Source: the human T2T-CHM13v2.0 reference genome, Homo sapiens. From it: 64,000 nucleotides of DNA. Where the stretch lies: NCBI RefSeq assembly GCF_009914755.1, contig NC_060930.1; one strand, 5' to 3'. Within the stretch, counting starts at the first letter, position 1. Every line of letters starts with the position of its first letter. The position numbers and the translations under genes were made by a program. The notes under the pieces were generated by a model. The model made no database searches. It was not told where the DNA came from and was given only the letters and a program-made list of their open reading frames with translations. Positions 31,411-42,927 of the stretch are shown here, in pieces.

Positions 31411-31827
31411 CCAAGGCAGGCGTCCTTGCGTGGTCTGACACCTCTGAAACCTGGGTGAATAATCAGAGAGGTGTCCCTGCAATGATTAAATACCAAGGGA
31501 AGGCTGCCTTCCCTAGTCCATGACCGGCGCCGGAGTTTTGGGTCCACGGATAAAACATGTCTCCTTTGTCTCTACCAGAAAATGAAAGGAATTGAAATTA
31601 AAAGAAGGGAGAGATTGAAGTGTGGTGCCAAGATTGAAAGGAGAAAGAGGTTGAGGGATAGTGAGGGAGGTTGGAGAAGAGAGTAAAAAGAGGCCGCTTA
31701 CTGGATTTGAAATTGATGAGATGTTTCTTGGGCTGGTCGGTCTGAGGACCTGAGGTCACAGGTGGATCTTTCTCATGGAGCAAAGAGCAGGAGGACAGGG
31801 GATTGATCTCCTAAGGGAGGTCCCCCG

Positions 31828-31845
31828 ATCCAAGTCACGGCACCA
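31828..31845 (-). other. Primer-binding site, tRNA-His
   Basis: TGGTGCCGTGACTTGGAT, one mismatch to the canonical TGGTGCCGTGACTCGGAT, 2 nt from the 5' LTR end. Confidence 0.95.
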
Positions 31846-31847
31846 AA

Positions 31848-32251
31848 TTTCATGTGCGTCCATGTGAAGAGACCACCAAACAGGCTTTGTGTGAGCAACA
31901 TGGCTGTTTATTTCACCTGGGTGCAGGCGGCCTGCGTCCGAAAAGAGAGTCAGCAAAGAGAAATAGGGGTGGGGCCATTTTATAGGATTTGCGTAGGTAA
32001 AGGAAAAAGGGGGGTTGTCCTCTGGCGGGCAGGAGTGGGGGTCACAAGGTACTCAGTGGGGGAGCTTTTGAGCCAGGATGAGCCAGGAGAAGGAATTTCA
32101 CAAGACAATGTCATCCGTTAAGGCAGGAACAGGCCATTTTCACTTCTTTTGTGGTGGAATGTCACCAGTTAAGGCGGGAACCGGTCATCTGGATGTGTAC
32201 ATGGAGGTCACAGGGGATATGATGGCTTAGCTTGGGCTCAGAGGCCTGACA
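31848..32251 (-). promoter_or_regulatory. LTR7, 5' LTR of HERV-H (promoter)
   Basis: Minus strand TGTCAGGCCTCTGAGCCCAAGCTAAGCCATCATATCCCC..; intact TATAAAA (31978-31984); ACAAAAGA (32145-32152). Confidence 0.95.
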
Positions 32252-32759
32252 TAAAGTAATAAAACTTCTAAAAAAAAATACTTAGCACGATGAGGTCCTG
32301 AGGCACGGAAATATTTAGACATTTTAAATAGATATTCAACAATGCTGTAAGTAACTGGTAGAATTTCCATACCAGGTCTCTTCCTATGTCACTAGCCCAT
32401 GGGCACAAGAGGTCATGAAAGAGGAACAAAAATAGGAAAACCTGCATCAACACAGAAACAGCCTGTTCTTTGCCAGAATGGAGAACAAGGCAAAGCTGGT
32501 ACTTTTAGAAAGCTGAAAATTTGTGCCAATGATTTTTTTCCTAGCTTATTTTTGGCTTTTTGATTCTAAGGAGTTTTGACCTACAAAGATGCTCAATATT
32601 CAAATAGATAGATATTTTTGTTTTATTTCTTCCATTGCTTTTATACTTCGGCATCCTCCTTACTGAGATGAGATAAAGTTTTCAAAAACATTGTATGGAA
32701 TTATTTTCTATGTATCATTATTTAATTCATATGGAATTTATTAAGGGCATGAGATAAAA

Positions 32760-33430
32760 AATAATATTTCTTCCAAAAGGAAAGACAACTCTCTCAGACC
32801 ATTACTTAAAAAAATCCCCATTGATTTGTGATGCCACTTTTATAAAACATGTCCTTTTGGTGTATACTATGATTTGTTGATGGGTTCTCAGCTCTGTTCT
32901 GTTTATTTTTCTGGCTCATCTTACTTCCCTAGAATGCTAATTGAAATTATTTAAACTTTAAAATATCTTTCCAAATTTGATAGAAAAAATCTCCTGTAGA
33001 AAAAATTAATATAATACCTATTCACCAACTAGTCTTATTTATTCTATTTTCCTCATAAACTTTATGTTAACTTTTTTAACTTAAAAAAACATTTTCTTTG
33101 GGATTAAATGGTACACCTCAATTATTTAGGGAGTATTGCTATTTTCATAGTATTTTAATCTTCCCAATCTTCCTATGCAGAAACATTTTGACTTTATTTC
33201 AATTTAAATTATTTTAATATTTCAATTTAATGCAACTCAGTAAACATACGTCGTGTGTGTATGTGTGTGTATCCTATGCATTTTAAAATAAGATTTTCTC
33301 AAGTTACTTGTTTTTTTCATGATTTATATTCGTCTTTGCTGGTTGAGGGCAAAAATATTAAGGCCCACACATTTTTTTGTCACATCACCTTAATAGTTTC
33401 CTGTAGTTTTCAGTTGATTTTATACGGCTT
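32760..33430 (-). mobile_element. Highly decayed L1 ORF2 fragment
   Basis: AT-rich antisense L1-like phrases (atttagggagtattgctattttcatagtatt..cttcctatgcagaaacat). Confidence 0.45.
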
Positions 33431-34254
33431 TTTCTTTCACCAATAGATCACTCCACAATGTATGTTATCTTGTTTCAAGATTCCATTTAAAAATACAAGG
33501 AAGTCTTACGAAATGATGGAAGGGGAGAGACCACTAAACCCAAACTTCCAAAATATAATATCCTCATCATATGATATATTTTGCTATAAAATCTTAGAAT
33601 TCTTTAGAATTGAGTGGAAATTTAATCATACCAAACCTAATTCTTTCATTTTCAGGGAATGAAATAGAGAATGTGACATGTAGCTGTTGTCATGTTAAAT
33701 GTTGGGGGGTGAAAGAAACATTGGTGACCACTTTATGGCGAGTAGTCATCAACATTCCAATATGTTATAGTCACATTACATTTTGTGACCTGTAATTTTC
33801 CCCATAAGTCATTTCAGCATAGCCCCCTTTGTCTTAAATGGACGTGCTTTATTTCAGAACAGAGGCAGAAGGGAAGGTTCCCCAGCTGTTGCTCTAAGCT
33901 GTTGTCTCAGCACATAGCACGCTAGCATGGGGCCACATGTTGCATTGGTCAAATCTCAAGGAGTGTCTGTAATGAGCCAATACAAACAGATGAAGCCTTT
34001 ACATGGAAACTCTCTGCTCTAGACTCACGTTTGGCCAGGGGGCGTGGCCTGGAGGGTGTAACTCAGGGAACTCCACAGGAATAGTCCCGGCTGGGAACTT
34101 GCGTCCCTAAACCCACCAAAACTGCTATAACGAGCTCTGCGAGTGTATACTGTTATTTGCTCTGAAAGGCAGGGCTGTTACCCAAATCCCCTGGAGAGAG
34201 CCAGATTTGCAAAGTGTCTGATGTGAGCCCAGAGATCAGCAACAGATACCATAG

Positions 34255-34782
<528 letters not shown>

Positions 34783-34786
34783 TCAT

Positions 34787-35084
34787 GGCCGGGTGCAGTG
34801 GCTCACGCCTGTAAACCCAGCACTTTGGGAGGCCGAGGTGGGCGGATCACGAGGTCAGGAGATCGAGACCATCCTGGCTAACACGATGAAACCCCATCTC
34901 TACTAAAAAAAATACAAAAAATTAGCCGGGCGTGGTGGTGGGCGCCTGTAGTCCCAGCTACTCGGGAGGCTGAGGCAGGAGAATGGCATGAACCCGGCGG
35001 AGCTTGCGGTGAGCCAAGATCGCGCCACTGCACTCCAGCCTGGGTGACAGTGGGAGACCCTGTCTCAAAAAAAACAAAAAACAG
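34787..35084 (+). mobile_element. AluY
   Basis: ggatcacgaggtcaggagatcgagaccatcctggctaacacg; gaatggcatgaacc; TSD aaaacattcat at 34776-34786 and 35085-35095. Confidence 0.95.
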
Positions 35085-36151
35085 AAAACATTCATAAACG
35101 TCTCCAACAAATACAGAGTGAACTCGTTGTGTGCCTAAGATTCTGAGAGTTACAAAGGATGGGGAAGACCTGGTCTCAGACATCATGGAGCTCCATAGGC
35201 TAAGTATGGGTGAGGATATAGGGACAGGCTTCCACGTTCACTTACAGAATCTCTACTAGTCTCACCTGTAAGTGCTAAGTGCTAGATAGGTATATTAATG
35301 GAACACATAGAATCATTTGAAGGGAGCATCTACATTATTGCAAATACAGTGATTCTTGTATATATCATCTGTGAAAGTTACGAAGGAGTAAAAATAAGGG
35401 AATACCCCAGAACATCGGGGTTGGAATCTCTGTAATCTTTCTCCTCATCTGTAAGACGGAAGTTGCCGTATTTATAGATCACAGTGTTAGTGCGATATTT
35501 ATTGAGAAAATGTAGGTATAAGATTTTTGTAAACAAAAAGTCCTCTACAAATACAGTTTTGGGTGGTGAGCTTTATTAGAAATAGTTTTGTTCAAATTAT
35601 TTTACCAGCCTACAGAGCATATGTAGGTAACTTCTACCAGGCTAAAAAACAAACAAAACTGTGCATGATCCCAAAAGAGAGCACATATTAGTTAGATAAA
35701 CCATTGGTTTAAGGGTTTAGGGAAGACAGTGATTATTTTCATGGTTGGTTGGCCTTGGTCACTGCATGGGTGCCAAGAGGCCCTGAAATGAGTTGTGTAA
35801 GGTAGGATTAATCAGGAAGTCTTGTTGGAAGAGGTGGTTTTTGACCTGGCTTAAAGAAGGCAGTGCCAGGAGGAAGCCCGAGATGGTGGTGGATTTATCC
35901 CTAAGAATTTAGGAACACAAGTTCTGCTTAAAGCTATACAGGCACAGTGTTTCCCAATGAAAACAGAGAACTCAGAGTGTGTTTTTCAGTCACAACCAGC
36001 ATTCAGCCCTTCCTACTTACAAATTTTAAGACTTTGGAGGCTTGTTTCATGGATTATCAGAGACCTGGCCTCAAGGGATTAAGGTCAAACATCGGTTCCT
36101 CATGTGGCCGTTACACTGAATTGTTCCATAGTCACAGTCTGTACCTCTAAA

Positions 36152-36170
36152 TGTGTGTGTGTGTGTGTGT
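36152..36170. repeat. (TG)n microsatellite
   Basis: tgtgtgtgtgtgtgtgtgt. Confidence 0.9.
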
Positions 36171-36299
36171 TTCTAGAAGCTTTAGCCAGAGTGTGGCGAA
36201 AAGGTCACTATTCTACAAGGGAGGGGTATCCAGTGGGGGCACTGGCCTCATGTTTGCATACCAGTCAGGGATTTACTGAATGCCCATATTGCTTTTTTT

Positions 36300-36440
36300 T
36301 TGTTCACCTGTTGCTAGACCATGAGGTGAAGGTCTCCAAGGACAGGGGCTGTGACATATTCATTGGTGTGTGCTCAGTTCCCAGCACTATGCCTAGAAGA
36401 GGGTAGTTTTCAGTAAAGGCATGAGTGAATAACTGAATAA
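36300..36440 (+). mobile_element. L2 3' end fragment
   Basis: aaggtctccaaggacaggggctgtg..cccagcactatgcctag..tgagtgaataactgaataa. Confidence 0.6.
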
Positions 36441-36519
36441 ACCTCTAGCATAAAAATAAATATAAGGTATACTTTCTATCCATTATGAGCTGGTGAACAC
36501 TGTCCCTTGCTTCATATTT

Positions 36520-37220
36520 TTATTTTTTACAGCTCTATTAAGATAGAAATGACAAAAGTTGTATATATTTAAAGTGCACAACATGATGAGACACATATAC
36601 ATTGTGACATGATTACTAAAATCAAGCTAATTAACATATCAATCACCTTACTTTTTTTTATTACACCTTACCTTTTTTTGGTGATAACACAAGATCTATC
36701 TTTAGCAAATTTTAAGTACACAGTACAGTATCTTTAACTATATTCTCCATGCTGTAATAAGATCTTTAAAACTTATTCATGTTGCTTAACTGAAATTTTG
36801 TATTCTGAGGCCAACATGTCCCCAAATCCCCTCCCTCAGCCCCTGATAACAACCATTCCACTCTCTACTCCTATGAGTTAAACTTTTTTGGATTCTACAT
36901 GTAGGTGAGATCATGCAGTATTTTTCTTTCTGTATGTGGCTTATTTCACTGGGCATAATGTCCTCCAGGCTCATCCATGTTGTCACAAACGGCAGGATCT
37001 CCTTGTTAAAAGCTGAATAGTATTCCATTGTGTGTGTGTGTGTGTGTGTACACCACATATTCTTCACATATTTGTTGATGGATGCTTTAGGTTGATCCCA
37101 TGTCTTGATTATTGTGAGTAATAGCTGCAAATTGCAGCAATGATCATGAGGGTGCAGATGTCTCTATGAGACACTGATTTCATTTCCTTTGGATGTGTAC
37201 ACAGAGCCAGGATTGCTGGA
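36520..37220 (-). mobile_element. L1MA-type 3' end fragment with internal (TG)n
   Basis: ORF-track peptide MEYYSAFNKEILPFVTTWMSLEDIMPSEISHIQKEKYCMIS matches the L1 ORF2-end/3' UTR translation. Confidence 0.85.
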
Positions 37221-37351
37221 TTAAGATAGCATTACAGGTAATACAGGATAAGACGACATTGCATCTCGGGTCCAGGTAGTGAGAAGGTTCCCTGCCACCC
37301 TGTTACCTGGAGCGGTCTGAGGGAGGCAACCACACTCAACAGGGAGATTGA

Positions 37352-37653
37352 TCTGGTCTCCAAAAGCCAGGATCCAAAAGCCAGGATCCAAAAGCCAGCT
37401 CTGGAGTGGAGCTGGGAAGTGATCCTGCTCCCCTGAGGGACACTGAGTCGTTAACTCCACCTTGTGGTGGCTGCTGAGCCCTGGCCACCCTGACAGGATG
37501 CAGGGTGAAGGCTGGGAGGCTCCAGGCACCTGCTGCCCATGCCCAGCATAAGGCCCCTCAGCATCTGCTTCAGGAGGAGGAGGACTCCCAGGGATGGCTG
37601 GGGGCTGAGTGAGGTCCGAAGAAACTCTCTGGTCTCCAAAAGCCAGGATCCAA
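37352..37653. repeat. 14-bp tandem (CCAAAAGCCAGGAT, ~2.7 copies) plus an exact 26-bp dispersed copy
   Basis: tctggtctccaaaagccaggatccaa at 37352-37377 and 37628-37653. Confidence 0.9.
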
Positions 37654-39036
37654 GCCTCACAGAGCTGTGTTCCGAGGATCCCACCCTCCAGAGCACGGTC
37701 CCTAGAAAGGATGGGCTGCCTACCCTTGAAGCAGGACAAGGAAGAAGAGCATGTAGAGGATGCTGGCAGAGTGGCTGTCTGAACATCCTCTGGATGGTCC
37801 AAGCATGGAAGGGCAGCTGGGAGGTTTCCTCTCATATCCCCATTTTCCCAGTGATGAGTGTGACATTCAGGGGAAAGTAGTGAGGGTGACCCAGCTCTTC
37901 TGGCTTCGAGCCAGCCCTCTCATCACTGAAATGTGAAAGCCATCTCTCACCTCCCATGTGCCCAGGGCTCCGCCACTGACTTGGCACTTCATGCATGAGC
38001 TAGGACCCACCTGGTCATCCAGTGAAAACACAGCTGTCCCAGGACACAGGTAAGAAGCTGGACAGTTGAGGTGTGGGTGGCTCGATGAGGGCACCCAGTG
38101 AATGAACAGTGGCGTGGGACCAGACCCAGCTCTGCGCTCTTCGTGCCCCACCACGGTGGCTAAGCTTTCAGAATCAATTAGTCTTGCTGCTTTATGTCCT
38201 TGCCAACGTGTGTGTTCATACTTCTGGCAGTTGGTTTGAGGAATACCACAGCCAAAACCTGCTACAATGTGGTCTGCTTCAGAGAGCTTTGCTCAGTGGC
38301 TTCCTTCTGTCATCTTGAGTGAGTTGAGAAAAAGAAAGAGAGGATTTGAAGGTTTATTCGAGGCTGTTCTAGAGTCAGCGAAACACTTCCCATACTTCTG
38401 TGGGCATGGCCAGATGGGGCATTGAGATGCTGCAACACCAAGCCCACAGTGGGCATTCCAAAGACAACACATATTATTCCTATATAAATCAGGCATGGAG
38501 ATGGCAAACATCTTCTTCATTTAGGTTGTGTTGAATTGTTCACTCATCTTGGCTATGTGGGACTTCGTTATGGGAGAAGACAATCCCAGCTGTAGGTAAA
38601 AGCAAAGGGTGTAGAAAAAAGAAAAATACGTGTGGGCAGAGGATAAAATGGACTTGAAGAGGTCACAGAGTGAGTGAAGACAAATAAATAATAGGGGCAA
38701 GGGAGGGATATGAAAAGTAGAGCTCACTGAGTGGTCAGATTTGTACTTTGCTTAACCCCAAAGGGGAAGAAGACGCTATGTGTTATTTCATAAATATCCT
38801 GCCATCAGAGAGCACCACCCAACCGGCATCATTTACCAGGACTGGGCTAACCTAAAATGAAACCACAGTCATTGTTGCTTTTGACTGAAATTAGAAAACC
38901 CCAGGAAACACACAACCCTATAAAAATATTTTTTTAAAGAGCAAGTCACCATGTCTCTCTCAAAAAGAAGTACAGACCAAGTCAGAGCAGATGCACGCTG
39001 TGCCTGGGAAAGGACAGCATGATCCGATCAGAGTCA

Positions 39037-39039
<3 letters not shown>

Positions 39040-39075
<36 letters not shown>

Positions 39076-39762
39076 CTCTTTCTCTCATGCACATGAACAC
39101 ACATATATACACACATGCGTACACATGGGCACACACACGTACACATATGCATACACATACACACATGCACACACATATACACATATACACACATACATGC
39201 ACATGCCCACACACATACACATATGCACACACAGGCACACACACATACATGCGTATATGCACATGCATAGCACACATGCACACATCTATACAACCACGTG
39301 CACACACATCCACACATCCACACATGCACGTACACCCACATACACATATCCACATGCACACACACATATACACACATACCCACACACACAGAAGCACATA
39401 TACACGTGCACATACACACATACATATAAACACACATACACAAATACACACATACATATCTAACCACATATATACACCACGCACACAAATATGCACACAT
39501 ACACATATTTTACATACATACACACATGCACATGCACATACACAAACATACATACGCACATATACACACATACATACACACATACATACCCCCCCACACA
39601 CAGACACATATATACATATACAAACACGCACAACACACACACATATATACACACCCATATACTTACATATATACATACATATGTGAGCACACACATGCAT
39701 ATGCACACACATACCCATCTATGCACACATACACATCCACACACACATACACATACACACAC
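39040..39762. repeat. Long degenerate (CA/TA/CG)n alternating purine-pyrimidine tract
   Basis: Perfect (AC)~16 followed by about 680 bp of cacata/cacaca/tgca variants. Confidence 0.97.
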
Positions 39763-39765
39763 AGC

Positions 39766-40010
39766 CTGGATTAATTGTGTCCCCTGCAAATTCCTGTGTT
39801 GAAGTCCTAACCCCGAGTACCTCAGAATGTGGCTGTGCTTGGTGACAGGGCCTTTAAAGGGTGAAGTTAAAATGAGGCCTTAGGGTGGGCCCAGATCCAA
39901 TCTGACTGGCGTCCTTCTAAGGAAATTTGGCCGCATACAAAGACCAGGGATGCGCATGTGCAGAGAGAAGACCACGTGAGGACACAGCCAGAAGACGAGA
40001 AGACGGCTTG
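39766..40010 (+). mobile_element. MaLR LTR 5' part, MLT1B-like
   Basis: aattgtgtcccctgcaaattcctgtgttgaagtcctaaccccgagtacctcagaatgtg..ccacgtgaggacacag. Confidence 0.8.
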
Positions 40011-40199
40011 GTCTTCCTGTGGATGGGCGTTCCGTTGTTTCCAATGTTTTGCTGCAATAACCATCCTTTGTGTGCCGTTATGTCCCGGAATATACTTTTA
40101 TTTCTATGGGACAGATTTCCAGGAGTGGGATGGCAGGATCAAAAGTAAAGATTTTAATAAAACCCGGCAATTCTGTGACCATCTCTAAGAAACTGTTTG

Positions 40200-40320
40200 T
40201 TTCTTTCCATGGGGAAACTGAGGCCCTGAGAGGCATCTGATTTCCACAGTAGCCAGGGAGCTTCAGCAGATTTTGGCGGGGCTCAGGGAACCCAGGTACA
40301 TAAATCCAAAGATGACGGAC
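40200..40320. mobile_element. MIR fragment
   Basis: Core atggggaaactgaggccctgagagg..tgatttcc. Confidence 0.55.
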
Positions 40321-42927
40321 TCTTCTCCAGGAGCCACTTCCGCCAGCAAAGCTTCCCTCTAAATCTTGTAGTTCCCTGTCAGGGAGCAGAGTGCACCCCG
40401 CCCCCGCCCCAGCCTTCAGAAGTCCTGGGCTCTGCCCTTCCCCTCTGGCTCCACACTCAGCTAACTCCATGCCGGGCATGGTGCTGGGCCCCGGGGCACG
40501 ATCTGAAGGCGCTCATCGCCTGCAGGGGACCATGACCAGCAAACCCAAGGTGGTTTTACAGCACATGCCAAGGGCTTGGGGAGATCCAAACAGGGCACCT
40601 CCGAGACGGAGGAAAGCAGGGGCAGCCAGGGCTTCCCAGAAGTGTGACACAGCACGTCTTCGCTGTTCTGGAAGGGCAGGCAGGGGCCAGCCCAGCAAAG
40701 GAGTGGGCAGGGTGTGTCTGACAGAGGAAGTGGGTGGGAGGAGGTGTGGCCCGTGCAGGAAACACAAAGTCCACACTCTCCCATCCAGGTGCCAGATGGG
40801 ATTGGGAGACTCGGCTACCCTCCACAATCTCACTCTGCCAGGCCCCAGCTCCTCACCCATCCCCCACTGCAGCAGGTTCTGGCCAGCCTGTTGCTTTACT
40901 CCTGCACTCTCCTTACCATTCTCTCTAGGAAAATCCACGTATTGGCTCCCACCGTGTCTAGGATGCCTTCCCTGGATGCTGCCACTTGTCCCTTGTCTCC
41001 CACAAGCAGCCCAGTGCCTGGCGCTTTGTAGGTGTTCACTGAGTCCCTGTGGCACTTACCTCTGGAAATCCACATCTGGCATTTGATGCTATGCTATGAA
41101 GAGTTTTAGGCTCGTTAGGGCCTTGTCTTTTGCACTCACCAAGCCCTTTGCCGTGCACACCATCGGGGCTCAGCCAGGTGCTGAGAGACACAAACAGCAT
41201 CCTTTGGGTCTCTGTGGACGTTGCAGCAACCTCATTTGCTGAGAATCATTTACACTGTGCTGAGACTTTGTTGAGAATGTGGCTGCACAAGCAAAATCCT
41301 CCTTCCCCCAAAGTACAGTAATTCAATTTCCAGCCTTCCCATCCAAAGAGCGGGGAGATATAGAATAATGTCATACCCACAGGAAGAGAAAAGGTTTTTT
41401 GTATGTTTTCTCTTCCCACCAGGGCAGAAAACCATTAAGTATTGGCAGGCTGAGCTATCCCTGTCTCTTGTGAGCTTGTAAGGATTTCCCTTAGGTATTT
41501 GGCTCAGGGAGTTTTTAGGCAGATCTGGTGTACAGTTTAAACACACTTGGTAGAATCAGTACTGCTCTGAATAAGTGAGGAGTAAGGGATCATAATAAAG
41601 CCCATTGCTGGGGTCTCCCAGTTTCCGGAGCTTCCCTGTGCTGCCTGGGCAGTGGCCAAGCTCCCAGCATCTCACCCATGTCGAGAACACAGTCTTCTGA
41701 TCAGCCACCACCCTGCCTGTGATGGACACGGGCAGCTGAGACCCACTTATTCTGCTGAGACAGGATCACGTGGGCATTCTTGAGTCTTGCCTTTTAAAGA
41801 CATACTAAAATTGTCATTAAAGCTCATTTCTAAAGGCCCTTTTCTTCAGTTAATATTTTGCAGTCTAAACAAAAGTTGCACTTTATCTCAAATTGAAAGA
41901 ACTTAAGAAATCTATGTTTGCTGGAAGTAATAACATATTAAGGAATAGGATGTTTATGCTAAGAAAATGTTCACTTGGGGCACTGTGCTTTGAGATAACT
42001 GTGCAGGCCTGCTCTGGAATTATTAGACATCTAGTCCTATTCTGTCCATAGGGCAGCCATTTGCAGCTGCAAAGTAACTTCAAAGGCCTCAGAAAGGGTC
42101 TACCTTAGAAAATAGCCAGCTTGAAAGACTTCCATCTATTCTGGGCAGAGGCTATTTCTAGAAAACGATTGCCCCGACAGCCGATCTCTAAGAGAGCCCT
42201 TTATCTAAGAGGTGTCATCTGGTTGGATTCTGAAATCATCTAGTAGGGTTTAAGGTGGTGCATTAATCAGAGGAGTTTTTTTCAGGAACCATGACAAGAG
42301 GGCAGTGGGGTCAATATCATCAATCCTGGCAGGAAGAGCCAGGTGCTGGGAACTGGTCCCTGTTCTTCTCTGAACAAGATTTGCAAACTCGGGCAAGTCA
42401 CTTAGCCTCAAAGGCCTCTTCTAGTTAATGATCTGATTTATTTAACTTTTTGGAGATAGTTACAGAGTATTAGGTAGAGGAAAGCATTACTGGTGAGAAA
42501 AAGAGAAACATATATCCAGTATAGTCCACACTTTCTGACATGGGTTGGTCCCATTTTTCCCTGATTAATGGTATCAGGATATAATCACTTAGATTACAGT
42601 GCCTGGAAGAGGGTGGAATAATTCAGGAAAAGTTTATGAAATAGGCAAATCTTCACTTGAGTTTAGAGGGATGGAGGAGGAACCTGGCCTGGAAGGGGAA
42701 GAATGTCCTGGGAGGGAGAGGATTTGCTTATCTGGTGCCTTGAGGAAGTGGTGGCTGGAATGGAGAGTTGGTGCTAGAGTTTGGATAAAAAGACAAAGGT
42801 TGAGAAACTAGAGTCATAGGAAAAAAATGTGTTAATTGATTTGCTGAGCTAGATAATGCATGGGCTTACTAGAAATAAGAGCTGTGGATTCAGATAAGAA
42901 ATCTGCTGATCAGTTCCAGCTGGTTGA

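Larger units (their letters stand above)
26547..32251 (-). mobile_element. HERV-H provirus, complete two-LTR 5.7-kb deleted form (env-less)
   Basis: Paired ~404-bp LTR7s, tRNA-His PBS, gag/pro/pol remnants, PPT, and perfect 5-bp TSD TAAAG at 26542-26546 and 32252-32256. Confidence 0.98.

Noticed and set aside
30861-31547. 228-aa Pro/Leu/Ser-rich ORF
   Set aside because: Translation of the C-rich repetitive HERV-H pre-gag leader with a non-ATG start; not evidence of a cellular gene
37221-37835. 204-aa ORF with repeated WILAFGDQ
   Set aside because: The repeat comes from the 26-bp DNA duplication; no domain; GC-rich chance frame
38960-39802. Cys/Val- and His/Thr-rich ORFs up to 252 aa
   Set aside because: Artefacts of the CA/TG low-complexity tract, which lacks stop codons
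40078-41086. Overlapping 133-231-aa ORFs on both strands
   Set aside because: GC-rich stop-poor sequence open in several frames; no homology recognised and no clear exon structure
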